Shown here piece after piece: positions 49,617 to 60,197 of a stretch of DNA of 64,000 nt. Positions within the stretch are counted from its first letter, which is position 1; every line of letters begins with the position of its first letter. The stretch comes from a virus. The notes under the pieces were generated by a model, which was not told the DNA's origin, did no database searches, and was given only the letters and a program-made list of their open reading frames with translations. The position numbers and the translations under genes are program-made. The stretch spans positions 12,978-76,977 of IMG/VR virus record IMGVR_UViG_3300037193_002017, one strand, 5' to 3'.

Positions 49617-49628
49617 GGTGAGGCCCTC

Positions 49629-50141
49629 ATGGTGCAGGACATCCGGATCATCGGGACCGGCCAGCTGCTCGAACTCTCCCGCAAGCTGAGAGCGGCTGGC
49701 CACGAGAACATCCGGTCCAGCTTCGCCCGCCGGATCCGGCGGGCGGCCGAGCCCCTGCAGGCCGACCTGCAGGAGACCATCCGCACCCTGCCCATCCAGT
49801 CCCAGCCTCGCAAGGCAGGCAGCCGCGGCGGCCCCTCACCCACCGATCGCCCGCTACGCCGTTCGATCGCCCAGGCCGTGCGGATCTCCGTCCGGGTCAC
49901 TGGCAATCCGGGCGCGCGGGTCTGGCTCGACAAGAGCCGCCTGCCCCCGGACATCACGATGGGCGTGGTCAACCGCCTCAACGAAGGCAGGCTCAGGCAC
50001 CCCGTGTTCGGCAACAAGCGCCGGTGGGTGCAGCAGACGACCACGCCGCTGTGGTGGGACAAGACCGTGCGGGCCCACCAGCCGCGCATCACGCGCGAGG
50101 TGGAGCGCGTCGTCGACGACGTGCGCCGCCGACTCGAATAG
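49629..50141 (+). CDS. HK97 gp10-like tail completion protein
   Basis: LRRSIAQ...RHPVFGN...WVQQ. Confidence 0.7.
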   Translation: MVQDIRIIGTGQLLELSRKLRAAGHENIRSSFARRIRRAAEPLQADLQETIRTLPIQSQPRKAGSRGGPSPTDRPLRRSIAQAVRISVRVTGNPGARVWLDKSRLPPDITMGVVNRLNEGRLRHPVFGNKRRWVQQTTTPLWWDKTVRAHQPRITREVERVVDDVRRRLE

Positions 50142-50151
50142 GAGCACCACC

Positions 50152-50718
50152 TTGATCATCATCTACACCCCGGAGTTCGGTGGCGAACCCGAGCACTACG
50201 ACGCGCGCGATCTGCTCGTGTCCGAGGCGTCGATCGTGTCGCGCACCATCGACATGAAGTGGGGCGAGATCCAGCAGGGCCTGGAGCAGGAGGACCTGGA
50301 TGCGATGCGCGGCATCGTGTGGGTCCTCAAGAAGCGGCAGCAGCCGACCCTCCGCTTCGGGGACTTCGACCCGAAGGTCGACTCGATGGTCACCCGGATG
50401 TCCCGGCGCGAGGTCACCGACTACGTCGAGAACGCCTTCAGCCTGGTCGGCACGGACCCTGATCTCACCCGGGAGAAGGTGGCGCAGGTTCTCAGCGAAC
50501 TCCCGGACACCGCGGCCGCTGATCCCGAGCACGCGCGGGCCCTGATCGAGCAGATGGCGAAGGACCCAAAAGACCAGCCGGACACGGAAGTTCCCGAGGA
50601 GCCGGTACCGGACGGCGAGTTGTCGAGCCCGAGCCCGACATCGAACTCGCCCGAGACCAGTACCTCCCCCTCTTCGCCCATCTCCTCCACATCCCCCCTG
50701 CAGGAGTCGACGGCCTGA
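50152..50718 (+). CDS. Tail assembly chaperone (gpG-like)
   Basis: Position before the tape measure gene; DPK slippery site. Confidence 0.8.
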   Translation: MIIIYTPEFGGEPEHYDARDLLVSEASIVSRTIDMKWGEIQQGLEQEDLDAMRGIVWVLKKRQQPTLRFGDFDPKVDSMVTRMSRREVTDYVENAFSLVGTDPDLTREKVAQVLSELPDTAAADPEHARALIEQMAKDPKDQPDTEVPEEPVPDGELSSPSPTSNSPETSTSPSSPISSTSPLQESTA

Positions 50719-50795
50719 CCGTCGTCGACTTCTACAACCTCACCGCCTGGATCGACCTCCACCTCCAGGCCCAGCAGTCGGAAGGCGGTGAGTGA
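50565..50795 (+). other. -1 ribosomal frameshift site C-CCA-AAA and gpGT-like extension frame
   Basis: X XXY YYZ heptamer at 50565-50571; -1 frame open to TGA 50795 (…YLPLFAHLLHIPP…). Confidence 0.8.
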
Positions 50796-50798
50796 CCG

Positions 50799-53700
50799 GT
50801 GACCTCGATGAACTTCATCCTCACCGGCCGGGATGCACTCAGTCGCGTCCTGGACCGTGCCGGGGACGCCAGCGACCGCCTGGGCCGCAGGCTGCTGGCG
50901 GCGTCCATCAACGGCGACGCTGCCATGAGGCGGTTCACAACCAACGCCTCCCGCCACCTGGCCGGACTGGAGCGGGACACCACGGCCGGCGCGAAGGCCG
51001 TCGATCAGCTGAAGAAAGCCACACTGCTCCTGTCTCCGGCCGCGATCCCGGCCGCTGCGTCGCTGGCGCCGATCGCGGCTGGGGCGGGGACAGTTGCTGT
51101 CGCCCTGGGCGTGATGGGCGCGGCCATGATTTCGCAGGTCTCCCAGATCTCGGACGCCTCCGAGGCCCACAAGAAGTACAAAGACGCCGTCGACAAGTCG
51201 GGGGCCACCAGCAAGGAAGCCGTCACTGCGCAGCTGGAGTACCAGCGGCTGGTCGAGAAGATGCCGCCGGCGACCCGGCGCGCCGCGGCCGCCGTGTCGG
51301 TGCTGAAGGACGAGACCCGCGAGTGGTCGAACGACCTGGCCGCGGACACGATGGCGCCGTTCACCAAGGGCGTCGCCCTCACCAACGCGCTGCTGCCCAA
51401 GACCACAGACCTGGTCCGGGGCACGGCCTCTGAGACCGACCGGTTCGTGACGATCATCGGCGGGCAGATGGCAACGCCCGGCTTCGATCGCGTCACCGCC
51501 AGATTCACCGACTTCTCCAACCGCACGCTGCACCGGATGAACACCGAGCTCATCGAGCTGATCCGTACATCGGATTCGGGCGAGGTCGGCGCGAACGCCC
51601 GCAGGTTCATGGACTGGGCGCGGGCCCAAGGCCCGACCGTGGCGAGCGTCCTGCAGAACGTCGGCACCACCCTGGTCAACGTTCTGGAGGCAGGCAGCGA
51701 CGTCGGTGTCGGCCTGCTGCAAACCATCGACGTCTTCACCCGGCTGGTGTCCGCGGTGCCGCCGTCCGCGATCGCCGTCTTCCTGCAGCTGGCGATCGCG
51801 ATGAAGCTGACGAAATTGGCCGCCCTCGGCATGGTCGCCGCGCGTACCGCGCTCGCCAGCTTCGGCGTGCAGCTCGTCGCGATGAACACGGCAGCGGCTG
51901 CGGCGCCTGGCCGTCTGGCCGCTGTGACCGCCGGGATCGGTGCACTCTCGCGCGGGGCGAAGGTCGCGCTCGCCGGTACCGGCATCGGCCTTCTGATCAT
52001 CGGGCTGTCCGAACTGGCATCCGTGGGGCGCAGTGCGCCGCCGGACGTCGACCGGCTCACCACGTCGCTGAAGAACCTGGCACAAACGGGCCAGGTCACT
52101 GGCGAGTTGAAGAACACCTTCCAGGACCTCGACGGGCTGGTCGACAAGGTCAAGAAACTCCAGGCCGAGTCCCAGCGGGTCAAGGAAGCCCAGGAGGGCG
52201 CGTTCGGGTTCCGGATCCCCGGCCTCGACGATGCCGCCGACTGGATCGCTACCAAGATCGACGACATGACCAAGGGCGGCGACTCCCTCAACGCCCTCAA
52301 GGACGACTTCACCAGCCTTGACCAGGCGATGGCACAGATGGTGTCCAACGGGTACGGCAAGCAGGCCGGCCAAAACTTCGACACCATGAAGACCGCGATG
52401 CGTAACGCGGGCATCTCCACCAAGGAGATCAACGCCCTGTTCCCGAAGTACCGGGACGCCGTCGCCGCGGTGAAGGTCGAACAGCAGCTTGCCGCGCAGG
52501 GCATGGGTCTGTTCGGCCAGCAGGCCATCGCCACCAAGACCAAGCTGGACGAGCAGAAGGCGAGCGCGGACGGACTGCGGCAGAGCCTCGTCGCGCTCAA
52601 CAACGTGCAGCAGCAAGGCCTCGGAGGGATGATCGGCTTCGAGGCGAGCATTGACTCCGCGGCCCAGGCGGCCAAGGAGAACGCCGACGCCCTCGACATG
52701 GTTAACGGCCGCCTCGACCTGAACAGCCCGAAGGCACAGGCCGCAGCCACCGCCCTGAACGACCTGGCGTCGAGGACGGACGAGGCTGCGGCCTCAGCGA
52801 GGGAGTCGGGCGCGAGCTGGGAGACCGTCAGCGGCATCTACTCCCGAGGCCGGGGCGAGTTCATCAAGTCCGCCCAGGCGATGGGGCTGACCCGGGCCGA
52901 GGCGGGTCAGCTCGCCGACCAGATCCTGAAGATCCCGGACAAGAAGACCCGGGTGACGATGGACAAGGAGGACGCCCAGAAGGGCCTGGAGGCCTTCAAC
53001 GCCGCCGTGCGGCGGTCGCCAGGCAGTAAGAGCGTCACACTGAAGACTCTGTCCAAGGGCGCGGAGTCGATCCTGGAGTCCTTCGGTCTGAAAGTCCGGC
53101 GCTTGCCCAACGGCAAGGTCACCGTCACGGCCGCGACGGGCACCGCCCTGAGCGATATCCGGAACGTGTCGGGCGCTCTGACCAGCCTCAACGGGAAGAC
53201 AGCCACCACCTACATCAACACGATCCACAACGAGGCGTACAGATCATTCCGCCAGGGTGAGCGGGACTTCACCAATAAGCGTGCGCGGGGCGGCCCGATC
53301 AATGGGCCCGGTACGTCCACCTCGGACAGCATCCCGACGATGCTGTCCGACGGCGAGTACGTCATCAACGCCGCGAGCACAGCGAAATATCGGGGCCTGA
53401 TCGAGGCAATCAACGCCGACCGGCTCGGCACCGGTTCGGGGATGGGCGGCGCTGGTTCGGCGGTGGCGGCCGGTCTCGCTGGAGGCATGCTCGCCGGACT
53501 GCCGACGGTGACGAGGGGCGCTCGGCAGCTGGCCTCCGCGGTCATCGCCGGGATGCGCGAGGAACTGCAGATCTCCTCGCCGTCGAAGCGGGCCAAGGCG
53601 CTCATGGCCGACCTCGGCAAGGGCCTGATCGTGGGGCTCACCGGTTCCCGCGACAAGATCAAGGCGACGGCGAAGGACCTGGCCAAGGACATCTGGGCAG

Positions 53701-54605
53701 CGTTCGACGGGAAGAAGGACAACCGCCTGGTCGCGATGGTCGAGAAACAGACCAAGCGGCTCCTCGCCCTCGCCAGCCAGCGGGACAAGATCGCCGCGAA
53801 GATCAAGGAGGCGAAGGAGTACGCGTCCGGTCTCACCTCCACCGCCCGCCAGCAAGCCGGGCTCTCCAGCCTCGGCATGGAGGAGGGCGAGGTCACCGCC
53901 GGGGGGATCAAGGGGGGCTTGCGCTCAAAGCTGGAGCAGATGCGCCGCTTCACCAGCTACGTCAAGACGCTGGCGAGCCGCGGCCTCAGCAAGAGCCTGC
54001 TCAAGCAGATCCTCGACCTGGGCCCGGAAGAGGGATACGCCTACGCCTCTGCCCTCGCCGGGGCGGACAAGGCGACCTTCAACGAGATCAACTCGCTGCA
54101 GAAGCGGATCAATGCCGACAGCAAGTCGTTGGGGCGCATCGGTGCCGACAGGCTGTACGACTCCGGCAAGAACGCCGGCAAAGGGTTCCTCGCCGGGCTT
54201 GCGTCGCAGGAGGGCTCGATCAAGAAGCTCATGGCGCGGATCGCCAAGAGCATGCAGAAGGCCTTGCGTGAGGCGCTCGGCATCAGCTCGCCCGCCAAGA
54301 AGTTGGTCCCCGACGGGATCAACACCGCGCGCGGTGTCGCCGTCGGTGTTCTCGCAGGCCTGCCGTTCATCGACCGAGCCATAGGCGCGATGGCTGGCCG
54401 AATGGTGGGGCGTGTCGCCTCTCCGGGACTTGCCGCCGTGGCTGGACGTCCGGCCCTCACCGGGCCTGCTGGCGCGCGGACGGTCCATGTGCAGATCGAC
54501 GTACACGGGGCGACAGATCCGGTCGCGGCTGCACGTGAGATCCGGCGCCAGCTGCTGGAGCTGAAGCGCGTGCACGGAGTGAACATCAACCTGGGAGTGG
54601 GGTGA
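50799..54605 (+). CDS. Tape measure protein
   Basis: 1268 aa, Ala-rich helical; GPGTSTSDSI..LSDGEYV and I.SPSK motifs. Confidence 0.93.
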   Translation: MTSMNFILTGRDALSRVLDRAGDASDRLGRRLLAASINGDAAMRRFTTNASRHLAGLERDTTAGAKAVDQLKKATLLLSPAAIPAAASLAPIAAGAGTVAVALGVMGAAMISQVSQISDASEAHKKYKDAVDKSGATSKEAVTAQLEYQRLVEKMPPATRRAAAAVSVLKDETREWSNDLAADTMAPFTKGVALTNALLPKTTDLVRGTASETDRFVTIIGGQMATPGFDRVTARFTDFSNRTLHRMNTELIELIRTSDSGEVGANARRFMDWARAQGPTVASVLQNVGTTLVNVLEAGSDVGVGLLQTIDVFTRLVSAVPPSAIAVFLQLAIAMKLTKLAALGMVAARTALASFGVQLVAMNTAAAAAPGRLAAVTAGIGALSRGAKVALAGTGIGLLIIGLSELASVGRSAPPDVDRLTTSLKNLAQTGQVTGELKNTFQDLDGLVDKVKKLQAESQRVKEAQEGAFGFRIPGLDDAADWIATKIDDMTKGGDSLNALKDDFTSLDQAMAQMVSNGYGKQAGQNFDTMKTAMRNAGISTKEINALFPKYRDAVAAVKVEQQLAAQGMGLFGQQAIATKTKLDEQKASADGLRQSLVALNNVQQQGLGGMIGFEASIDSAAQAAKENADALDMVNGRLDLNSPKAQAAATALNDLASRTDEAAASARESGASWETVSGIYSRGRGEFIKSAQAMGLTRAEAGQLADQILKIPDKKTRVTMDKEDAQKGLEAFNAAVRRSPGSKSVTLKTLSKGAESILESFGLKVRRLPNGKVTVTAATGTALSDIRNVSGALTSLNGKTATTYINTIHNEAYRSFRQGERDFTNKRARGGPINGPGTSTSDSIPTMLSDGEYVINAASTAKYRGLIEAINADRLGTGSGMGGAGSAVAAGLAGGMLAGLPTVTRGARQLASAVIAGMREELQISSPSKRAKALMADLGKGLIVGLTGSRDKIKATAKDLAKDIWAAFDGKKDNRLVAMVEKQTKRLLALASQRDKIAAKIKEAKEYASGLTSTARQQAGLSSLGMEEGEVTAGGIKGGLRSKLEQMRRFTSYVKTLASRGLSKSLLKQILDLGPEEGYAYASALAGADKATFNEINSLQKRINADSKSLGRIGADRLYDSGKNAGKGFLAGLASQEGSIKKLMARIAKSMQKALREALGISSPAKKLVPDGINTARGVAVGVLAGLPFIDRAIGAMAGRMVGRVASPGLAAVAGRPALTGPAGARTVHVQIDVHGATDPVAAAREIRRQLLELKRVHGVNINLGVG

Positions 54606-54608
54606 GCG

Positions 54609-57050
54609 ATGCCGCTGCTGGTGGAGATGGGGTGGGGTGGCCTGGTCCAGGACCCCACCACCATCGCGTGGACGGACATCACGACCCGTGTCGACGTGGA
54701 GGTGCAGGGCGTCACCATCACGCGCGGCGCGTCCGACGAACTGTCCGACACCCAGTCGGGCACAGCCACCTTGTTCCTGGACAACCAGGACGGGGCACTC
54801 ACCCCAGGCAACAGCAGCTCCCCGTACTCGCCGTACGTGCGGAAGCTGGCGCCGATCCGGATCAGCGTGGCGGTCATGCCCACCGTGTCCGGGTCGGCGC
54901 CGTACGCCATGAGCATGCTGGGGGACGACTTCGACGACGGCCGCGTCGACACCACCAAGTGGATCACGAATACGGGCGGGTCCGCGACGGAGACCGCCGA
55001 GGGCCGCCTGCGCATCACCGTGGCGCCGGGCGTGGACACGAACTTCACTAGCGCCCGGCAGTGGACGCTCGCGGGGAGCAAGCTGACCGCGAAGCTGTGC
55101 GCCGTGCCCGCGCTCAACGGGTCCTCGAACTGCGCGGCGTCGATGTGGGTTCTGTCCACGGTGGCCGGCCTCCGGATCGGCTGGCGCTACGACGCCGGCA
55201 CCGGCGTCCTCGCCGCCATGTCCCAGGCGGACTTCTCCGACATCACACCGACCAACCTCACCTACTCCCCGATCAACCACGCCTGGCTGCGGGTACGAGA
55301 AGCCTCCGGCACCGTGTACTGGGAGACCTCAAGCGACGGCTTCATCTGGACCGTGCGCCGCTCGGACCCTGCCCCGTCGTGGGTCACCTCGCAGACCCAC
55401 GCCGTGGACTTCCCCACCACCCGCACCGGCGGAACAGCCGGCTACATCGAGTGGGACCTGGTCGGCGCCGAGGTCCGCCCCCGCTTCTGGGGCGTCGTCA
55501 ACGGCTGGCCCGTCAGGTGGAAGGGCCTGACCTCCAAGGTGGTCATCACCTGCTCGGATCTCCTCAAGCGCCTGGGCACGGCACCCTCGCTCAGGGCGAT
55601 GCTGACCGAGGAGATTCTGCAGAGCTCCCCCCTGGTCTACTACCCCCTGACCGAGCCGTCCGACTCCACCACCTGCGGCGACCTGTCCGGCAACGGCCGT
55701 ACCGCCCTGGCCATCACCCAGGCCGGCAGCGGCGGCACCCTCACCATGGCAGGCGCCGACGGCCCGGCCGAGACCGGCGAGCAGGTGCCCGTGTTCACGC
55801 CGTCGTCCGCCACCGTGGGGAAGTGGCTGACCGCCGACCTCGGCGCCGCCGTCCAAGAGCAGCTGACGAACCAGCGGATGGTGATGGAGGCCTGGTTCAA
55901 GACCACCACCGGCGGCCGGGCCATCTGCGGCACCGTCTCACCCGACCTGCAGTACGCGCACATCCTGTCCCTGACCTCCGGCGGCACCCTGCAAATCGAG
56001 TGGACGTCGGACGGCCTCATCCAGCCCGACGTCATCTCCGCGGCCACCGGCCTGAACGACGGCGACTGGCACCACGTCGTCTACGACCAGCGCACCGACG
56101 AGGTCTGGGTCGACGGCGTCATGGTCGCGACAACGACGGCGGACTACGGCTACAACGAGCGCACCCTGCACGTCGGCGGCTACCGCAGCACCCGCCTGTG
56201 GGACGGGTCCGTGGGATACGTCGCCGTGTACACGGCCACCGCAGCCGGGGCCGAGCTCGGCGCCCACTACGACGCCGGCGCCACCGGCTTCGCAGGCGAG
56301 GACGCCGACGACCGGATCGTGCGGCTGGCCGAATACGGCGGCGTGAACAGCGTGACGGTCTGGGGCACGACGTTCGACCCGATCGCCTCCCAAGGACCGG
56401 GCGGCGCCAACGCCTTGACACGGATGCGGGAGGTCGAGGCCACCGAGTCCGCGAAACTCTTCGCCGAGCGGGACTGGTACGGGCTGGCCTTCCAGTCGCG
56501 GGACCTGCGCTACAACCCATCGCCGTCGTCCGAGGTGTTCACGATCGCCTACGCCGACCTGGAGACCGACGAGGCCGAGGCCGCGGACGACGACCAGAAG
56601 ATGGTCAACATCGTCGAGGCGAGCAGGCCGGGCGGGGCGACGCAGCGTGTAACCGCCCCCGCCTCGATCGAGGCATACGGGGAGAAACCGAGGCAGCTGT
56701 CGATCCTGAAGACGTCGGATCTCAGCGTGCTGGATGCGGCGAACTGGCTGGTGTCCCGGTATGCCGACCCGCCCGTGGAACTGCGCGAGGTACCGATCCA
56801 GGCGCACACGATGTCCAACTACCTCGACATCCTCGACGCCGACATCTCGTCGTACTTCTCTGTCACGGCCCTGCCGTCGCAGGCGCCCGCGTCGTCGATG
56901 CGGGTCACGGCCGAGGGCTACACCGAGACGATCAAGCACAACAGCCACCGGATCCAGTTCCACACCAGCGCCTCCGTCACGGACTCGGTGTGGGTGCTGG
57001 ACGACTCCACGTACTCGGTGCTCGGCACCACCACCCGACTCGCCTACTAA
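54609..57050 (+). CDS. Minor tail/baseplate protein with lectin/LamG-like domains
   Basis: WTDITTRV...ITRG...LDN.DGALTP N-terminus; YYPLTE, NDGDWHHVV LamG motifs. Confidence 0.8.
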   Translation: MPLLVEMGWGGLVQDPTTIAWTDITTRVDVEVQGVTITRGASDELSDTQSGTATLFLDNQDGALTPGNSSSPYSPYVRKLAPIRISVAVMPTVSGSAPYAMSMLGDDFDDGRVDTTKWITNTGGSATETAEGRLRITVAPGVDTNFTSARQWTLAGSKLTAKLCAVPALNGSSNCAASMWVLSTVAGLRIGWRYDAGTGVLAAMSQADFSDITPTNLTYSPINHAWLRVREASGTVYWETSSDGFIWTVRRSDPAPSWVTSQTHAVDFPTTRTGGTAGYIEWDLVGAEVRPRFWGVVNGWPVRWKGLTSKVVITCSDLLKRLGTAPSLRAMLTEEILQSSPLVYYPLTEPSDSTTCGDLSGNGRTALAITQAGSGGTLTMAGADGPAETGEQVPVFTPSSATVGKWLTADLGAAVQEQLTNQRMVMEAWFKTTTGGRAICGTVSPDLQYAHILSLTSGGTLQIEWTSDGLIQPDVISAATGLNDGDWHHVVYDQRTDEVWVDGVMVATTTADYGYNERTLHVGGYRSTRLWDGSVGYVAVYTATAAGAELGAHYDAGATGFAGEDADDRIVRLAEYGGVNSVTVWGTTFDPIASQGPGGANALTRMREVEATESAKLFAERDWYGLAFQSRDLRYNPSPSSEVFTIAYADLETDEAEAADDDQKMVNIVEASRPGGATQRVTAPASIEAYGEKPRQLSILKTSDLSVLDAANWLVSRYADPPVELREVPIQAHTMSNYLDILDADISSYFSVTALPSQAPASSMRVTAEGYTETIKHNSHRIQFHTSASVTDSVWVLDDSTYSVLGTTTRLAY

Positions 57051-57063
57051 AGGGAGCGCACCT

Positions 57064-57522
57064 ATGCCGATCGCCGTTGTGCGGGCCGAGACGTACTACA
57101 TGCCCGGCCGCCCGCTGCCCCCGGACGCGTGGGCCGATGTCCCGCCGGCCGAGCTCGTCTACCACTGGATCGAGTACCGGATGGGCCGCCGCGTGCCGCT
57201 GCCTGAGGGCACCCTCGACGGCGTGCCGCCCGTGTACGCGCGGGTCGACGGCAACCGGTGGCTGGCCGAGTGCGCGTGCGGGAGTGCAGCCGTCGTCTCC
57301 CCGACCGATCCGCGCTGGGGCTGCACCGAGTGCGGCTACGGCTGGGTGGCCATGGTCGTGCCCACCGCCGAGGAAGTGGCCGCCATCGAGGCGATGCTGG
57401 CGCAGATCCCGCGACCGCATCTGCGGATGTGGTGGAACCCTGACGATCCTCACCCGAACAATCCGAACCGGCCGCCCGCGCCGCAGATCGAGGAGCCACC
57501 AGCCGAGGAGCTGACGCCGTGA
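57064..57522 (+). CDS. Tail-region Zn/Fe-ribbon protein
   Basis: RWLAECACG...CTECG; AAGGGAG RBS. Confidence 0.7.
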   Translation: MPIAVVRAETYYMPGRPLPPDAWADVPPAELVYHWIEYRMGRRVPLPEGTLDGVPPVYARVDGNRWLAECACGSAAVVSPTDPRWGCTECGYGWVAMVVPTAEEVAAIEAMLAQIPRPHLRMWWNPDDPHPNNPNRPPAPQIEEPPAEELTP

Positions 57523-58034
57523 CGTTCACCCCGCGCACCTGGGCGGTCGGCGAGACCGTCACCGCGGCCTACATGAACACCGAGATCCGCGACCAGTTCA
57601 ACAGCATGTTCGCCGCGTACACCGCGTACACGCCGACGTGGACGGCGGTCACCACCAACCCGTCGCTGGGCAACGGCACGCTGGTCGGGCAGTACATGAA
57701 GATCGGCAGGATCTGCCTCATCACGTGGCAGCTGACCATGGGCTCGACCACGACCTACGGGTCCGGCAGCTGGAGGATGAGCCTGCCGTTCACCGCGGCC
57801 ACCGTCACCAGCGGCAGCCCCGGCGTCCTCAACTACACGTACTCCAAGACGGCATCGCCGAACTTCCTGCTCGGTTTCGGGCCCGTCCCCAACGGCGCGA
57901 CCACCGGCGACAACATGCTGTTTCCGTCCTTCACCGTGATCGGCGACTACGACGTGATCAGCGGAACCTCCCACTTCACGCCCGCCGCCGGCGAGGTCAT
58001 GCGCGGCTACGGCGTCTACCAGACCGCCACCTGA
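57519..58034 (+). CDS. Short tail fibre/receptor-binding protein
   Basis: YTPTW...GNGTLVGQY.KIG...SLP domain, similar to the C-terminus of 129..2567. Confidence 0.7.
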   Translation: MTFTPRTWAVGETVTAAYMNTEIRDQFNSMFAAYTAYTPTWTAVTTNPSLGNGTLVGQYMKIGRICLITWQLTMGSTTTYGSGSWRMSLPFTAATVTSGSPGVLNYTYSKTASPNFLLGFGPVPNGATTGDNMLFPSFTVIGDYDVISGTSHFTPAAGEVMRGYGVYQTAT

Positions 58035-58094
58035 CCACCCCGCCCCGCCCGCCCCGAGCCACCAGCCGGGGCCTTTCTCATCTCTGGAGTCTTC

Positions 58095-58613
58095 GTGACC
58101 CATCCATCCACCATGGAACTCGCCCAGGTCGCATACGCGGCGTACGGCGCCTCCACCCACTACCGCACCCACGACGGCCGGCCGATGCCCGAATGGGAAG
58201 AGCTCGGTGACCGAGTCCAGCAGGCGTGGATCGCGGCGGCCGCCGCAGTCGCCCAAGCCGTCATCGAGCAGCCCGCGGAGACGGAGGCGCGCAGCGAGCA
58301 GCCGGCGCCGCCCCGGCCGAGCATCGGGCGCATCGTCCGCTACACGCTGAGCGAGCAGGACGCGGCGCGAATCAACCGGCCTCGCCAGGAGTTCCACAGC
58401 AATGCCCGGTTCCAGGGGACCGGCTTCGTGGGACATGTCGGCAACCACGTCCGGGAGGGCGAGGTGTACCCGGCGATGATCGTGCGAGTCTTCGACCCCC
58501 GCTCGACGACGGCCAACCTGAAGGTGCTCCTGGACGGCAACGACGAGTTCTGGGCCACCTCGCGTCAGCTGGGTGATGGGCCGTCGTTCTGGGCGTGGCC
58601 GGAGCGTGTGTGA
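58095..58613 (+). CDS. Phage hypothetical protein (homologue of 2648..3085)
   Basis: Shared N-terminal domain; PSIGRIVRY...PAMIVRV C-terminal domain. Confidence 0.8.
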   Translation: MTHPSTMELAQVAYAAYGASTHYRTHDGRPMPEWEELGDRVQQAWIAAAAAVAQAVIEQPAETEARSEQPAPPRPSIGRIVRYTLSEQDAARINRPRQEFHSNARFQGTGFVGHVGNHVREGEVYPAMIVRVFDPRSTTANLKVLLDGNDEFWATSRQLGDGPSFWAWPERV

Positions 58614-59629
58614 TGGCGCGTACCGGCCCGCAGAAGATCCCCGGGGCGTCGCAGACGTACTTCTACGGAACGGGCCAGTTCTCCGGCTCGGACATGGAAG
58701 TGAACTGCGGTGTCGTCCACACCACCGAGGGCCGCACCGTCCCCAGCTACGCCGACGCCTCCGGCCGCCGAGGCGCCAACGCGCCAACCGTGACCGGGCT
58801 GCCGGACTGCGCAGCGAAGAAGATCCGCTGGCACCAGCACTACGACGTCGACGAGTCCGCCCGCGCCCTCGCCAACAAACTCGGCGGGGTGTCCACGAAC
58901 ACGGCGAACGCCTTCCAGATCGAGCTCGTCGGCACGTGCGACCCCAAGACCCGCGACGCCTGGGTCCGCGCCGGCCACAAGCAGGACGCCGACTTCATTT
59001 TCTGGCCCAAGGCCCCGGAGTGGGCGCTGGCGGAGGTGGCGTGGCTGGTGCGCTGGCTGCACGAGCAGCACAGTGTGCCGTTGACCTGTGTCAGGGACTG
59101 GCTCGCCTACGGGGTGGATGCGCGCCGCCCCGGTGTGGTGCCTGCCTCGTACGGGGCGAGCCCGGCCCGGATGACCTTCGGGGAGTGGCAGGCCTTCAAG
59201 GGCTGGTGCGGGCACCAGCACGTACCGGAGAACGACCACGGCGACCCCGGCTCGATGGACTTCGCGCGAGTGATCGCGCTGGCCAAGGGCGCCACAGCTG
59301 AGGAGGACGACATGCCCACCACCGACGAGATCGTGAAGGCGATCGCCACCAAGGACGGCCACTTCGGTGTCCCGGCCCGCTGGCGGGAGAGTAACTCCAC
59401 CAACGACAAGTGGAAGCTCGAGTCGATCCTCGCGTACATCGGTGACCGCACCCTCGACAACGGCCAGGCCGTCAAGGCCCTCGCCGAGAAGGTGGCGGCG
59501 CAGAAGCCGGTGGAGCTGACGGACGCGCAGGTCCAGGCGCTCGCCGAGAAAGTGGCCGCAGCTCCGGCGCTGGCGGAACGGATCGCTGACCGTGTCGCCG
59601 GGCTGCTGGCTGACCGGCTCGCCGAGTGA
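58613..59629 (+). CDS. Endolysin (amidase fold, different subtype from 3085..3852)
   Basis: HTTEG, QIELVG, GHQHVPENDHGDPG. Confidence 0.88.
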   Translation: MARTGPQKIPGASQTYFYGTGQFSGSDMEVNCGVVHTTEGRTVPSYADASGRRGANAPTVTGLPDCAAKKIRWHQHYDVDESARALANKLGGVSTNTANAFQIELVGTCDPKTRDAWVRAGHKQDADFIFWPKAPEWALAEVAWLVRWLHEQHSVPLTCVRDWLAYGVDARRPGVVPASYGASPARMTFGEWQAFKGWCGHQHVPENDHGDPGSMDFARVIALAKGATAEEDDMPTTDEIVKAIATKDGHFGVPARWRESNSTNDKWKLESILAYIGDRTLDNGQAVKALAEKVAAQKPVELTDAQVQALAEKVAAAPALAERIADRVAGLLADRLAE

Positions 59630-59636
59630 CGTGGCA

Positions 59637-59738
59637 GTGAGACGGCTGTTGGAGCGGTTGGTGTGCCCGGGCTGCTGCCTACTGCGGTGCTCACCCGGGC
59701 ACCTGCTCCGTGTCCTGGCCGGCATCTGCCGCCTGTAG
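59637..59738 (+). CDS. Conserved 33-aa microprotein (MRRLLERLVCPGCCLLRCSPGHLLRVLAGICRL)
   Basis: Homologue of 3849..3950; alternative in-frame GTG at 59631. Confidence 0.65.
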   Translation: MRRLLERLVCPGCCLLRCSPGHLLRVLAGICRL

Positions 59739-59835
59739 GTCGCCCAGACCCTTAGTTTTCGGCGCGATTTTATGACGCGCTTTATGACACCCCAGGTCAG
59801 AGGCGGTCTCTGACCTACACGACGAAGGGACCGTC

Positions 59836-60150
59836 ATGCCCTCTCTGTTCATCTCCCTCATGCGGACGGTCGTCCCGCTCGTCGCGGGCTGGCTCATCAG
59901 CCTCGCCGTGTGGGCAGGCGTCGACGTCGACTCCCAGGCCGTCACCGGGGCAGTCACACTCGCCCTCGCGCTGGCGTACTACGCACTGTTCCGTCTCCTT
60001 GAGCTGGCCGGAACGAAGGCCCGCGGCACCGTCCTGCAGAAGCTCGCCGGGTTCCTCCTCGGGTGGGCGCGGCCGCCGGCGTATCCGGCCGAGCCGACGC
60101 TGCCGCCCGTTACTCGCCCCTACAGCGGCGGGCCGTACGGCGGCGAGTAA
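59836..60150 (+). CDS. Putative holin
   Basis: Near-identical to 4049..4363. Confidence 0.75.
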   Translation: MPSLFISLMRTVVPLVAGWLISLAVWAGVDVDSQAVTGAVTLALALAYYALFRLLELAGTKARGTVLQKLAGFLLGWARPPAYPAEPTLPPVTRPYSGGPYGGE

Positions 60151-60197
60151 CACCGGCCGCTCCGGCGGCTGTTGCACCACAGCAAGGGGAGGGGCGC

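Noticed and set aside
55061-57514. 817-aa Arg/Pro-rich ORF overlapping the minor tail gene
   Set aside because: Alternative-frame artefact of GC bias at third codon positions.
57519-58034. Diversity-generating retroelement or invertible tail-fibre system
   Set aside because: No reverse transcriptase, invertase or TR/VR-type near-identical repeat was seen.
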